This document shows positions 21,635 to 31,101 of a stretch of 64,000 nucleotides of DNA, one piece after another. The stretch is from the NCBI GenBank assembly GCA_963755915.1, contig CAVWLP010000002.1, positions 3,520,001 through 3,584,000 on the forward strand, read 5' to 3'. Numbering within the stretch: position 1 is the stretch's first letter; every line of letters starts with the position of its first letter. The position numbers were made by a program, and so were the translations under genes. Source of the stretch: an uncultured Phycisphaerales bacterium. GTDB lineage: Bacteria; Planctomycetota; Phycisphaerae; Tepidisphaerales; Tepidisphaeraceae. The notes beneath the pieces were generated by a model. It was not told the DNA's origin, ran no database searches, and worked only from the letters and a program-made list of their open reading frames with translations.

Positions 21635-22178
21635 ATGAAACGCTTGCACAAATTGCCACTCAAGGCTGCTGTGGCGATATCGCTGGCTTTGAATATAGCA
21701 TGTGTTGCGGCATACGTTTTCGGCGGAGCAAACCGACATATAACATTCGGTGACGCAACGCGCGGCTCTAAAAGTCAATATGACTTTGAGGTTGACCACA
21801 AAGCGTTCACCGTTAGCAAAAAAATTGGAATTGACCACATCCCGGCGGGCGCACGGTTTCGGACAAAAGAACCGGTTCTCCGTACAATTAGACGATTGGT
21901 ATATCTTTACGAATTGGCACGTCGGAAGTGAAATTGCCGGAGAGTATCCGGATGAAGATAGAGGCATCCACCTAATTTCCGCCCGCGTGCCCTTGTGGTG
22001 GCCTCTAATTCTAACAACGATACTACCCTTTGGTTGGATGACCTCATCGGTTCTCCGGCGACGCCGCGCCAGACCGGGCCATTGCACTTCTTGCGGCTAC
22101 GATCTCCGCGCCACGCCCGACCGATGCCCGGAATGCGGGACAATCCCGCCGCCGAAAAAAGAAATCACCGCAACATGA
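21635..22178 (+). CDS. Cassette 2: membrane protein with C-terminal Zn ribbon (one frameshift near 21850)
   Basis: N-terminal TM in ORF 21635-21931; C-terminal TM + [21 protein letters not shown] in ORF 21750-22178. Confidence 0.75.
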
Positions 22179-22304
22179 AGTATTCCCACAACGTCGCGTT
22201 GCGTTTCACGCACCTCAACTATCGCCGGATTCACCGGACGCTTCGCGTCACGCCAGCCATGCAAGCCGGGCTGGCCGATCATGTTTGGGAGCTTGAGGAA
22301 TTGG
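22092..22304 (+). repeat. 213-bp cassette repeat, copy 2
   Basis: Offset 708 bp from copy 1, with a few SNPs. Confidence 0.95.
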
Positions 22305-22339
22305 CGGGGCTGATCGGCTGAGCGCGGTACAATTCCGCA

Positions 22340-22836
22340 GTGAATCGGTTCTGCCGATGGCTACTCAACGGGCTCGCCGTAGCATCATCGCTCTTGTGCT
22401 TGGCGTCCGTCTTTGCTTGGGTTAGCAGCTATCACGCCGAAAAGAGCTTTGCGCTGCCTTTCGGCGCTGGTCCGTATTGACATTTGCAAATGGCGATATG
22501 GAAGGCTTCTGGACTGGTCCTGATTCTCGATTCGACAGCTTCAGCGGCGGCTTCAGGATAAGTCATTATGAATCTTTTGTTGGCAGTCTGGATGGACGGA
22601 CAAGAGGTCCCGAATATCCCGGCGTCGCGTATTGGTCTTGGGTAATACATGACTGGTTCATCGTGACCGTACTCATAGCGCCAGCAGTGGGCTTATTTAT
22701 CCATCGTTTCCTTGCAAAGAGAATCACATCAGATGGTTTTTGTTTTCAGTGCGGCTACGACCTTCGGGCCACGCCCGATCGATGCCCGGAATGCGGGACA
22801 ATCCCGCCGCCGAAAAAAGAAATCACCGCAACATGA
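22340..22836 (+). CDS. Cassette 3: membrane protein with C-terminal Zn ribbon (one frameshift near 22475)
   Basis: GTG at 22340 gives MNRFCRWLLNGLAVASSLLCLASVFAWVSSY; continues in ORF 22477-22836 ending [21 protein letters not shown]. Confidence 0.75.
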
Positions 22837-22962
22837 AGTATTCCCACAACGTCGCGTTGCGTTTCACGCACCTCAACTATCGCCGGATTCACCAGACGCT
22901 TCGCGTCACGCCAGCCATGCAAGCCGGGCTGGCCGATCATGTTTGGGAGCTTGAGGAATTGG
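22750..22962 (+). repeat. 213-bp cassette repeat, copy 3
   Basis: Offset 658 bp from copy 2. Confidence 0.95.
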
Positions 22963-22967
22963 TGGGG

Positions 22968-23327
22968 CTAATGAACTGAGGAAGCAGACATTGTTTCAAT
23001 GAACCGCGCGACAAACTTTCTTTCATCGCTAAGTGTTGCTCCCCTCACTTTCGCTCGCAGTTGATTTATTTCCCAAACGACCGATTGTTCAATCGGAGAA
23101 TCCAGTTTAAGCCGCAATGCAAGGATTTCCTTCTCCAACCATTCAAGACGCGCCGCCTCTTTATCTCGCCAATGTTTGCCAGCGAAAGCTCCCCTGGGAC
23201 GGAGCGCCCGTATAGCGGCTCTGGAAAACTGGCCGTCAAGGCAAGCCCGGAAGGCGGCGATGGCCGTGTCTCGGTATTCACCCTCCATTTGTTCAAGCCG
23301 TTTTAATAGCCGGTCGGCCTTGGCCAT
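22968..23327 (-). CDS. Hypothetical helical protein (terminal cargo of element A)
   Basis: 119-aa ATG ORF between the last repeat and the right TIR. Confidence 0.6.
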   Translation of the reverse strand: MAKADRLLKRLEQMEGEYRDTAIAAFRACLDGQFSRAAIRALRPRGAFAGKHWRDKEAARLEWLEKEILALRLKLDSPIEQSVVWEINQLRAKVRGATLSDERKFVARFIETMSASSVH

Positions 23328-23462
23328 GATATGCCCCTGTTGTCCACCACCGGCATTCTAACTGATTCTGTGATTATTTTTCAAACTGACCCACTACCCG
23401 AAATCGGGTATTGGTATATTCTGGAGCCATCGAAAAATAAATCTTTGCGGTAGAATCCCGGC

Positions 23463-23675
23463 ATGAAAAAGCCGAAGCGCTATGACGTTGCCCAAACCGC
23501 CAAACGGATCGTTGACCAGACCATAGCTGAGCATGAGAAGCCCCTCCCGCCCGGCATAGAGGCGGCATGGGAAGAGTGGTCGCGAGGCATAGGGAAAGTC
23601 GATGCGAGGGGCATGTTGCTGCTCAGGGCAGCGTTTGATGTGGGGGTGAAGGCGGCAACGCGAGAAAGCAAATAA
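23463..23675 (+). CDS. Small left-end protein of element B
   Basis: 'RYDVAQTAKRIVD' resembles 'PRDPNQLAKMIVD' of the element C left-end protein; TAGAAT -10 just upstream. Confidence 0.6.
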   Translation: MKKPKRYDVAQTAKRIVDQTIAEHEKPLPPGIEAAWEEWSRGIGKVDARGMLLLRAAFDVGVKAATRESK

Positions 23676-23681
23676 GCGGCA

Positions 23682-24811
23682 TTATTTTTCTGCGTGCCGA
23701 TATTTGTTTACTTCCGGTTCGATGGAATTCCAGGTAGCGATTATCTTGTTGAAGTGATTTGCCAATATGCCGTCTTTGTCTAGGGCGGCAAATGCTTTCA
23801 TCTTTCCATCTACACCGCCGTTCGTAATTTCCATCAGGGCATTTCTTCCGTGAACGATTGCGTATCCGATAACGTCCCTAATTGCTCGCGAGTGTGCCTC
23901 GCCGTCCGTGTACCGAGCAAATTGGCAGACAGTGTCGAAAGCCCGTGTCGCCCGACGTTCTGGTGGAGGGTGCGTGGAACCATCTAGGTCGTTCGGATCA
24001 ATCCCCTCAGCGAACATCCAAAACATGATGAGTACGGCAAAGGCCCAATCGAACACTATTAGGACAGTCGGGCTGACAATATGATCGCCCCTTTGGAGTA
24101 AAGGACGAACATTTTGTTCGTAATGTGTAGGATGCTGAAGGCCGCGCATAAAACTGGTGATGGCGGCATACCCGTCGGTGCTCGTTTCGATGCTTGCATC
24201 TTGAGGTTATCAGCGGCCTTCGATCCCTTCGCGTAAAGCTCCATGAGGAATGGTAGATTGTTTTTGGCCGCATATTCGGCGTGACCAAACGTGATGTGTG
24301 CCAGTTCATGGTAGACCAAAAATTCAACCGCGTGTTCCGCAAGCAATTCGGCGTAGCGTTTTCGACCGGGGTCTATGGGAGCCATTTCGGCCAATGATTC
24401 GCCCGTGCGCCGTCCGCTTAATAACAAGGTTTCATAGTTACTCCAAAGTCCGGGGAGGCTTCGCGCTGTCTCCACCGTAGCGTCACCTGTGGTGCCCATC
24501 GCTTTCGGATGTGCCATTATTCTGTAAAACGTGTCGTATAGCAGCGGCACGGTAGCAGTGAAAATGCCAATGATTCCCGTATGTGATGGGCGGTCGTATC
24601 CGGCATTGAGGTTGAAATCCGGGTTCTCAACATAGCCAAATTCGATCTGCGGCATTTGCGTATTACGGGCATTAATATGCCCCTGAATGAGCCTCTCTGC
24701 TTCCTTCAGGTTTAACGTGCGCAGGTCGTTCGCGGCTGTGTCGTGTGTGCTTGGATCGGGCTTTTGCAGTGGAGCAAACGCCTGATCGAAGATTTCTTTT
24801 GGGGTTGGCAT
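23682..24811 (-). CDS. HExxH metallopeptidase-like cargo (Lit/peptidase U49-like?), frameshifted near 24150-24200
   Basis: 'FLVYHELAHITFGH' in ORF 24059-24811; 'THPPPERR' in ORF 23682-24149. Confidence 0.5.
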
Positions 24812-25129
24812 TTCGCCACTTCGTTATTTACAAGGAGTCTAATGACCACTGCTGAGTTTTCTGATTTGGAATTACGAATTGCCATTGCAAAATCGCTGCC
24901 GTTTGCTTGGAAGAATATTCACATGCAGGACGGCAACGTGGTTGGCTGGGTTCAGGGAGGAATCTCAGAGCGCCCGATCTCCATTCCGCACTGGACCCGC
25001 AGTTTGGCGGACGCGAGGTTTTTGGAAGAAATGATGCTGTCTCGCTTCCCAAAACAGTATTCATTGGGCCTCCATTCCTTGGGCGTTCGTGTTGGCGCGG
25101 CTTCCCGCGCCAAATTTGCGAAGCCGCAC

Positions 25130-25339
25130 TTATGACTTTGCAGTCGTCCGCTTCCCCGGCTTAGCCTTTTTGTTCAGCTTGTCTTCAGCAAACCCCAACA
25201 GAAGCGGCCTAGCCCAAGTTGCAACGTCCGCCCCGTCCGCAGCAGCGGCCTCAGAAACAATTTTCTTCTGCTCCTCTGTAAGCGGAATCCGCAACTCTTC
25301 GCTTTTCCGCTCCGACGGGTCTTTGTGTGGTCTTGCCAT
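25130..25339 (-). CDS. Ribbon-helix-helix-like small regulator, divergent from the transposase
   Basis: 'MARPHKDPSERKSEELRIPLTEEQKKIVSEAAAADGADVATWARPLLL'. Confidence 0.7.
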   Translation of the reverse strand: MARPHKDPSERKSEELRIPLTEEQKKIVSEAAAADGADVATWARPLLLGFAEDKLNKKAKPGKRTTAKS

Positions 25340-25422
25340 GCTGATTATTATAGCAATAAAAATCTGAGTCGTCAAGGATTTTCCTTTACTCATTGATTAC
25401 TATTGCTATAATAATCAGCATG
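25337..25422. promoter_or_regulatory. 22-bp perfect inverted repeat forming twin divergent leaderless promoters/operators
   Basis: CATGCTGATTATTATAGCAATA (25337-25358) and TATTGCTATAATAATCAGCATG (25401-25422); each arm has TATAAT and a start codon. Confidence 0.8.
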
Positions 25423-26638
25423 TACAAACTGACCACGAATGAGCGGGCGCAAATCCTTGCGGCTCTGGTTGAAGGCGTCAGCATCGCCTCTATCTGCCGC
25501 ATGTACGGCGTGAACAAAATCACTGTGCTCCGGCTACTGGCCGACGCCGGAACGCTCGCCGCTCAATATCACGATTTGACCGTTTGCGACATTAAATCGC
25601 GACGAATTCAATGTGACGAAATTTGGGCATTCGTGGGAGCGAAACAGCGCAATGTTCCCGAAGAAAGTCGCGGTCAATTTGGTCGTGGCGATTGTTGGAC
25701 TTGGGTTGGCATTGACGCGGACAGCAAGCTTGTCGTCTCCTATATGCTCGGCCTGCGTGACGGCGGATACGCCAAGGACTTCATGTGCGATCTGGCCAGC
25801 CGACTTGCCAACAAGGTTCAGTTGACCACCGATGGCCTCAGCGTCTATCTGGACGCGGTTGACGATGCCTTTGGCGGCGACATTGACTATGCCCAGCTTG
25901 TGAAGATTTACGGCCCCACAAAGGCCGATCCGGGCCGCTACAGCCCGCCGCAAGTCATCGGCGCTGTAAAAGAGACGGTATGTGGTTCACCACAACCGCG
26001 CCACGTTTCCACCAGCTATATCGAACGCCAGAACTTGACGGTTCGAATGGGCAATCGGCGCTTTACCCGTCTGACAAACGCGTATTCAAAAAAAGTCGAG
26101 AACCATGGCCACATGGTTGCGCTGCAATACTTCCATTACAACTTCTGCCGCATTCACATGACTATTGAATGGCGATTTGCCATATGGAGCCGCGGCGACA
26201 TACGGATTCACTGTAACGGACTCGGCGGGCACTTGCAGAGGTAGTACCAACTCAACTTGCACTGGAAATAAAGCCACAGGTAATGGTAATGGCCAGATTG
26301 AAGGTAACTTTAATGGTGGAATCGATCTATCGCGCATTTCCAATATGGGAACGGCCAGCAACCTCTGGCACGCAGGTGGGAGAAAGGCGAGGGAGGCAGG
26401 TGCGGTCACAGATAGCAACCGCGTGCTGTGACTCAGTCGTCGTCAGCCATTCAGATGATAGGCGCCTGGGAGCGAAAAGAAATCAAAAACTCCCCGGGCG
26501 ACCGATGTTTCACTGGCGTGTCAGTACGGACGTTACTGCCATCGGATGATTCGGGCGTTGCTGAGGAAAGAAAGATTCGTTGTGTGGGCGATATGTGGAG
26601 TGCACTCCAGACACCGCGCACCTAAGCTTTGCATCCAT

Positions 26639-28867
26639 TCATCTTCTCCTCCGCCGCGCCAGCGCTCCGAGACCGGCCATTGCGAACAGTCCCAGGCAGG
26701 CCGGCTCGGGTACCGCGCCAATCATGGGCAAAGGCAAGCCGTTGGCGATGGCAAACGCGTCCAACGCCGTGATATCTGCCGTGGATACGCTTGTATCTGC
26801 ACTGCTGTCGCCCTGCCCGAAGTTGGTGGCGAGGGCGGAGAAGTCGGAGCCGTTCACGGATGAGCTGAAGAGGAAATTCCCCTGGTCCCAGTTGGTGACG
26901 CCTTTGCCGAAATTGGCGGCGAGGATGCTGAAATCGCTTCCGTTGACAGTGCCGTCGAGATTGGCGTCGCCGAGAAGCGTGTACTTCAATTCGATCTCAC
27001 CCGACGGCAGTCCGGAGACGATTTTGTCCGCGCCGTCGGCGAAGCCGACGCCGTAGTGGAGGCCGTTGGTGAGAGACTGGGCGTTGGAGGAGATGATGCC
27101 TGGGCCGTTCCAGTTTCCCCCGTTGTAGCCGCTCTTGATGTAGCCGGCGATTGAGGAGATTGGATCGCTTCCCGAGCCGTAATCGATGAATAGATGGGTG
27201 TTAGTCAGGTCCAGCGTCGCGCTGATGCTCAACGACGCAAGAGTCTGAACCGAGTGAATCTGCACTGTTCCCCCGGTAATTGCAACGGGGCCGGTTGGAT
27301 CAAGGGTAGCGCCCATATTAAAGACCGATGTTCCACCGGTGAAGTTCACCGCGCCCGCGCCGCCGAGCGTGCTGGTAGCGGTAAAGGTATGTCCGCCGGA
27401 CAAGTTTAATGCCGCTCCGCCGCTGACGGTGAAACCGCCCGATTGACTGCCTCCTCCTGTCAGTGAAAGTGTCCCGGTCTGGACGTTTACCTGGCCACTG
27501 TTGTTGAATTCCGTTTCCATGGTCGTCGTGCCGGTGCCGACCGATTTTGTGAAGGTGCCAGCATTATTGAATACGTCAGGGACAGTGGAGGTTGAGCCGC
27601 GTCCATCGTAAGTATTGTTCCCTTGTAGGTTGAAATTCGCGCCCGATAAATTGTTGAAGGTGGTGTTCTGGCCAGATTTATTATTGCCTTGCGCCTCAAT
27701 GTTGCCGCTGGTCCAATTGGCCGTAGCGGAATTATTGATTGTGGCCTCGGGGCTCAAAACCGGTGACCCGCTAAAGGAGATGCCGCCGTTGGCGGTGAGG
27801 GTCTGGGTGTTGGTGCCACTGCCGAAGGTTCCGCCGGTCCAGGTGAAAGTCCCACTGGTAGTGATTGTGTCCGAGCCGGCGAGGGTGCCACCGCTGAGCG
27901 CGAGGGCTACGAGGCTATCGGTTTGGCCCGTGTTGAAGTTAACCACCGCAGCGATGCCAATTGCAGTGTTCCCGGCGCTGTCGCCGGAGCCGGTGTTAAA
28001 GTTGTTGGTTCCACCAATGAACTGAACAGTACCGGACCCGCCAATGCTGCTGCCCGTAAAGCTAAAGGTTCCCTGCTCGTATAGCTCGAGAACTGCTCCG
28101 CCACTGATCGTAAAATCGCCCGTTGCGCTACCTCCTCCATCAAGGTACAACGTCCCATTTTGCACGTTCACCTGACCGGTATTGTTAAATTCGGAGGTGA
28201 TGATCGTCGTCCCGGTTTCGGGGGACTCGGTAAATGTTCCGGCATTGTTGAAAACGTCGGGATTTCCGGCGGTCGAACCGTTTCCGCCGTAGGTGCCATT
28301 GCCCGGTATTGTTACATTGAAGTTGGCGCCGGCTAGATTGTTGAAAATGGCGGCACCCTCGCCGCCGCTGTTGCCGGTGCTAATGCTGCCGCTCTTCCAA
28401 GTGCTTGTGCCGGAACTGTTGAGTGTTGCGCCGTCAAATAAGAATTCGTTCATGCCATTGAAGTTAACCCCGCCGACATTCACCGTAATTTGGTCGTTCA
28501 ACCCATCTCCAACCTCGCCACCAGACCAGTTAAAGACACCATTAACCGCCAACGTACCCGGCGTCGATGCACTCTCGGGCACAATGGCGCCGCCGGCCAT
28601 GCTAAGCCCATCAATGGTTGGATTTACGCCTAGCGTGATCGACGGAGCCCCATCGGGAATGGAGACCGTGTAGAGTGAGCCGGGTGGATTACTGTTGTCG
28701 GGATAATATGGATAACTGGACCAATCGTTGGCGTCAGACCAACTGCCCGAGATGCCGCTGATCCATTCTGCGGACTGGCCGCGTGCGGAATTTTGAAATC
28801 CGCTAACCAGCCCAAATCCAATAACCGCCAGTACCAGAGCGCACGTGCGATTGACGGGCTTAAACAT
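26639..28867 (-). CDS. Large secreted beta-helix/autotransporter-repeat-like protein with dockerin-like module and PEP-CTERM
   Basis: Signal peptide, Gly/Asn/Thr-rich 'FNNAGTFT' repeats, GDANLDG, VPEPA + TM + RRRR. Confidence 0.85.
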   Translation of the reverse strand: MFKPVNRTCALVLAVIGFGLVSGFQNSARGQSAEWISGISGSWSDANDWSSYPYYPDNSNPPGSLYTVSIPDGAPSITLGVNPTIDGLSMAGGAIVPESASTPGTLAVNGVFNWSGGEVGDGLNDQITVNVGGVNFNGMNEFLFDGATLNSSGTSTWKSGSISTGNSGGEGAAIFNNLAGANFNVTIPGNGTYGGNGSTAGNPDVFNNAGTFTESPETGTTIITSEFNNTGQVNVQNGTLYLDGGGSATGDFTISGGAVLELYEQGTFSFTGSSIGGSGTVQFIGGTNNFNTGSGDSAGNTAIGIAAVVNFNTGQTDSLVALALSGGTLAGSDTITTSGTFTWTGGTFGSGTNTQTLTANGGISFSGSPVLSPEATINNSATANWTSGNIEAQGNNKSGQNTTFNNLSGANFNLQGNNTYDGRGSTSTVPDVFNNAGTFTKSVGTGTTTMETEFNNSGQVNVQTGTLSLTGGGSQSGGFTVSGGAALNLSGGHTFTATSTLGGAGAVNFTGGTSVFNMGATLDPTGPVAITGGTVQIHSVQTLASLSISATLDLTNTHLFIDYGSGSDPISSIAGYIKSGYNGGNWNGPGIISSNAQSLTNGLHYGVGFADGADKIVSGLPSGEIELKYTLLGDANLDGTVNGSDFSILAANFGKGVTNWDQGNFLFSSSVNGSDFSALATNFGQGDSSADTSVSTADITALDAFAIANGLPLPMIGAVPEPACLGLFAMAGLGALARRRRR

Positions 28868-28945
28868 CTCCCCTCCCTTTTTGAAGACGTGGTGGCTCCT
28901 TCGATTGCTAATGTTTTTCTATAAGGTCCGGAAAAACTCGCTTAT

Positions 28946-30627
28946 CCGGGATTTCCCATATGACACTCCGCCCACGAACGTCGCCGGCAATTTTGCGTAG
29001 CATACCCAAGTCAGGAGCGAGGATCAAGTGTTTTCTTGGCTCCCCACCGTCGCAATCCCGAAGATTTGTACGGCCTTCCCCTTCATTTTGTCACTTCCGG
29101 CAGGCTTTTCGATGCCCTGCGAACAGACTGCCACCGTTGCCCCAAACATTTCGCAAGCTTTTCACGCTGTCCGTTGTCATCCCGATGCCGCCATCGGCGA
29201 GTCGAAGTCGCCGGATTCTTGCCAGGATCAGCCGGAACAACTCGCGGGGAACCGCCACCTCCGCCATCTGGAACACCACCGACCGGGCGTGATGCACCAC
29301 TTTCGCCCCGATCTTGATCAGTTTCTCCCGCAGCGTGGTCAGCGACCAGTGCTTTACGCCAACGGGCAACGCCAATCGCCGCAGGAAGTTCCCCAGGTTG
29401 TAGGCCAGGGCGAACAGTTGCAGCCGCACCTGATTGTCGGCGAAGTCGTGGCAACTCAGCCGCGTCCAGTTCACCGCATTCTTGCCTTCCTTGATCCACT
29501 GCTCCGCCGTTCCGCGACCGTTGTAAAACCACACCACGCTGGCGGCTCCGCCGCCCAGGTTGGTGACGATGAAGCCGACGCGGGGAAACAATTCGCCCTG
29601 ATGCCACTCGACCTTGGCCACGACACGACGGGCCTTGTCCCAACTGGCGGCCTGATACATGAAGTCGTGATACCAGCACGATGGGCTTCTTCGGCGGGCG
29701 ACCCGACCGGGCGCTTCAGCAGGTGCTCGATTTCCCGCTCCAGCAGGCTGTTGGACTTCAGGCGGATCGCATAGCCGTAATCTTCGGCTTCCAGAAACAG
29801 ATACAACTCGGGAATGGCGAATGCCGCATCACCGCGAAAGAACTTCTTCACCGTCGTTGTTCGATAGCGGGCGACCACCGGCTCCAGCACCGATCGCCAG
29901 TCATCGGCACTATGGACATTGCCGTTGCGAAGCAGGGCGCGTTCCAGGTCTCCATCCTGATTGAAACAGAACAACGGATGGTAGCAGGTGCATTCAAAGT
30001 GGCCGTTGTACGCCGAGCCTTCCTGATGGCCGTGCGTCTCGCTCACCGAGCTATCCATATCGAGGATGATCCGGTCGCCGGGCTTGCGCTGCCGCAACCC
30101 GTCGATCCATTGCCCGGACAGGTCGGTCAGGACTTTCAGATTGCCTGGCTGCGTCAGCACGTCGGTCTCAAACCGGCCCATCTGGCTGGTGGAGGCGGCG
30201 GTGCGTTCCCTGGCTCTCCCGCCCACGACCTGCCGCATCGTCGGATCAACCGCCAATCGTTCGGCATCATTGGTATCCTCGTAACCGGCCAGGCGGCTGT
30301 AGATCGACTGACGCAAAAGCCCCACCAAAGTGTGCTGGATGTTCTTTCCGGTGCGCCAATCCTGGAGCAGCGTGCCGGCCATTGTCGTCAAGCCCAGCGC
30401 CTCATCCAGTTCCCGGTAGACCAGCAATCCCGCGTCGCTGGTCACTCTTCGAGCCGTGGAATTCGAGCTTCAAACTGCCGTCAAAACCCACCCGAAGAGC
30501 GTCCTTGCTGCTTTCACCCATTGGATTCTCCGGACTTCATGTCCTGAATGTCGAAAAAGAGCCTGATTTGTGCGGCCAAACGACAAACCACTATACGTGA
30601 AGTCCACTGCCATCTGGCAAATCCGGG
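28946..30627 (-). mobile_element. IS1380-family insertion sequence
   Basis: Imperfect IRs CCGGGATTTCCCATATG (28946) and revcomp CCCGGATTTGCCAGATG (ending 30627). Confidence 0.9.
29091..30521 (-). CDS. IS1380-family transposase (frameshifts near 30447 and 29680)
   Basis: 'TSDAGLL.YRELD', 'GYEDTNDA', 'LDMDSS', 'YHPLFCF', 'RGDAAFA', '[15 protein letters not shown]'. Confidence 0.9.
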
Positions 30628-30864
30628 TTGAAACAACGCCAGCGGTAAAGGCAGGCATCGCCGACAAGGTTTGGACGATGGTTGATTTTGTGAAGATGCT
30701 GGAGCGTGAAGAGGGCTTGCTTGGCGGTCGGTTGACGAACTACAAGCCGAATGTTCCGAAAAAACGGGCATATTGAGAATATACCAATACCCGAAATCGG
30801 GTAGTGGGTCAGTTTGATTCCTCGAAAGTTTGACGCCAAACGCAACTTGTGGCAAGGTTCATCC

Positions 30865-31101
30865 ATGCTTAAACGATCAAGAATGCCCCGCGATCCTAAC
30901 CAGCTTGCCAAGATGATCGTCGATATGGCCACGGGGAACGCCCCAGCCGAACCCGCTGGCCCGGCGAAGAATCCGGCGGCGGTCGCGCTGGGAAAGCTGG
31001 GGGGACCAAAGGGCGGCACTGCAAGGGCAAAGGCGCTATCGCCTAAGCGGCGGAAAGAGATTGCCAAAAAGGCGGCGGCGAAGCGGTGGGGAAAGGCTTA
31101 A
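30865..31101 (+). CDS. Small basic left-end protein (KNPAAVALG..GG.KGG.ARA motif)
   Basis: 'PRDPNQLAKMIVD...KNPAAVALGKLGGPKGGTARAKALSPKRRKEIAKKAAAKRW'. Confidence 0.8.
   Translation: MLKRSRMPRDPNQLAKMIVDMATGNAPAEPAGPAKNPAAVALGKLGGPKGGTARAKALSPKRRKEIAKKAAAKRWGKA

Larger units (their letters stand above)
20929..23398 (+). mobile_element. IS1-family cargo transposon A (left part missing): transposase 3' remnant, cassette array, cargo gene, right TIR
   Basis: Transposase C-terminal remnant 'EIEDLLKLID*' at about 20929-20963; right end TCAAACTGACCCACTACC (23381-23398) identical to the right TIR of element C, followed by CGAAATCG. Confidence 0.7.
26170..30627 (-). mobile_element. IS1380 (ISEcp1-like) transposition unit: IS + captured PEP-CTERM gene
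   Basis: 5-bp TSD TTGAA at 26165-26169 and 30628-30632; alternative end TGGCGATTTGCCATATG at 26170. Confidence 0.85.
25420..30776 (+). pseudogene. IS1-family DDE transposase split into 25420-26169 and 30633-30776
   Basis: [15 protein letters not shown] and IERQNLT motifs; removing the insertion plus one TTGAA restores ...FCRIHMTIETTPAVKAGIADKVWT (297 aa). Confidence 0.9.
23407..30791 (+). mobile_element. IS1-family cargo transposon B (transposase interrupted)
   Basis: Perfect 16-bp TIRs GGTATTGGTATATTCT (23407-23422) and AGAATATACCAATACC (30776-30791); flanked by CGAAATCG at 23399-23406 and 30792-30799. Confidence 0.92.

Noticed and set aside
21384-22962. CRISPR array, integron attC array or DGR as explanation of the 213-bp repeats
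   Set aside because: The repeats are too long and protein-coding, and the spacers are genes. I see no cas genes, integron integrase, attC-like palindromes, reverse transcriptase or adenine-specific variation.
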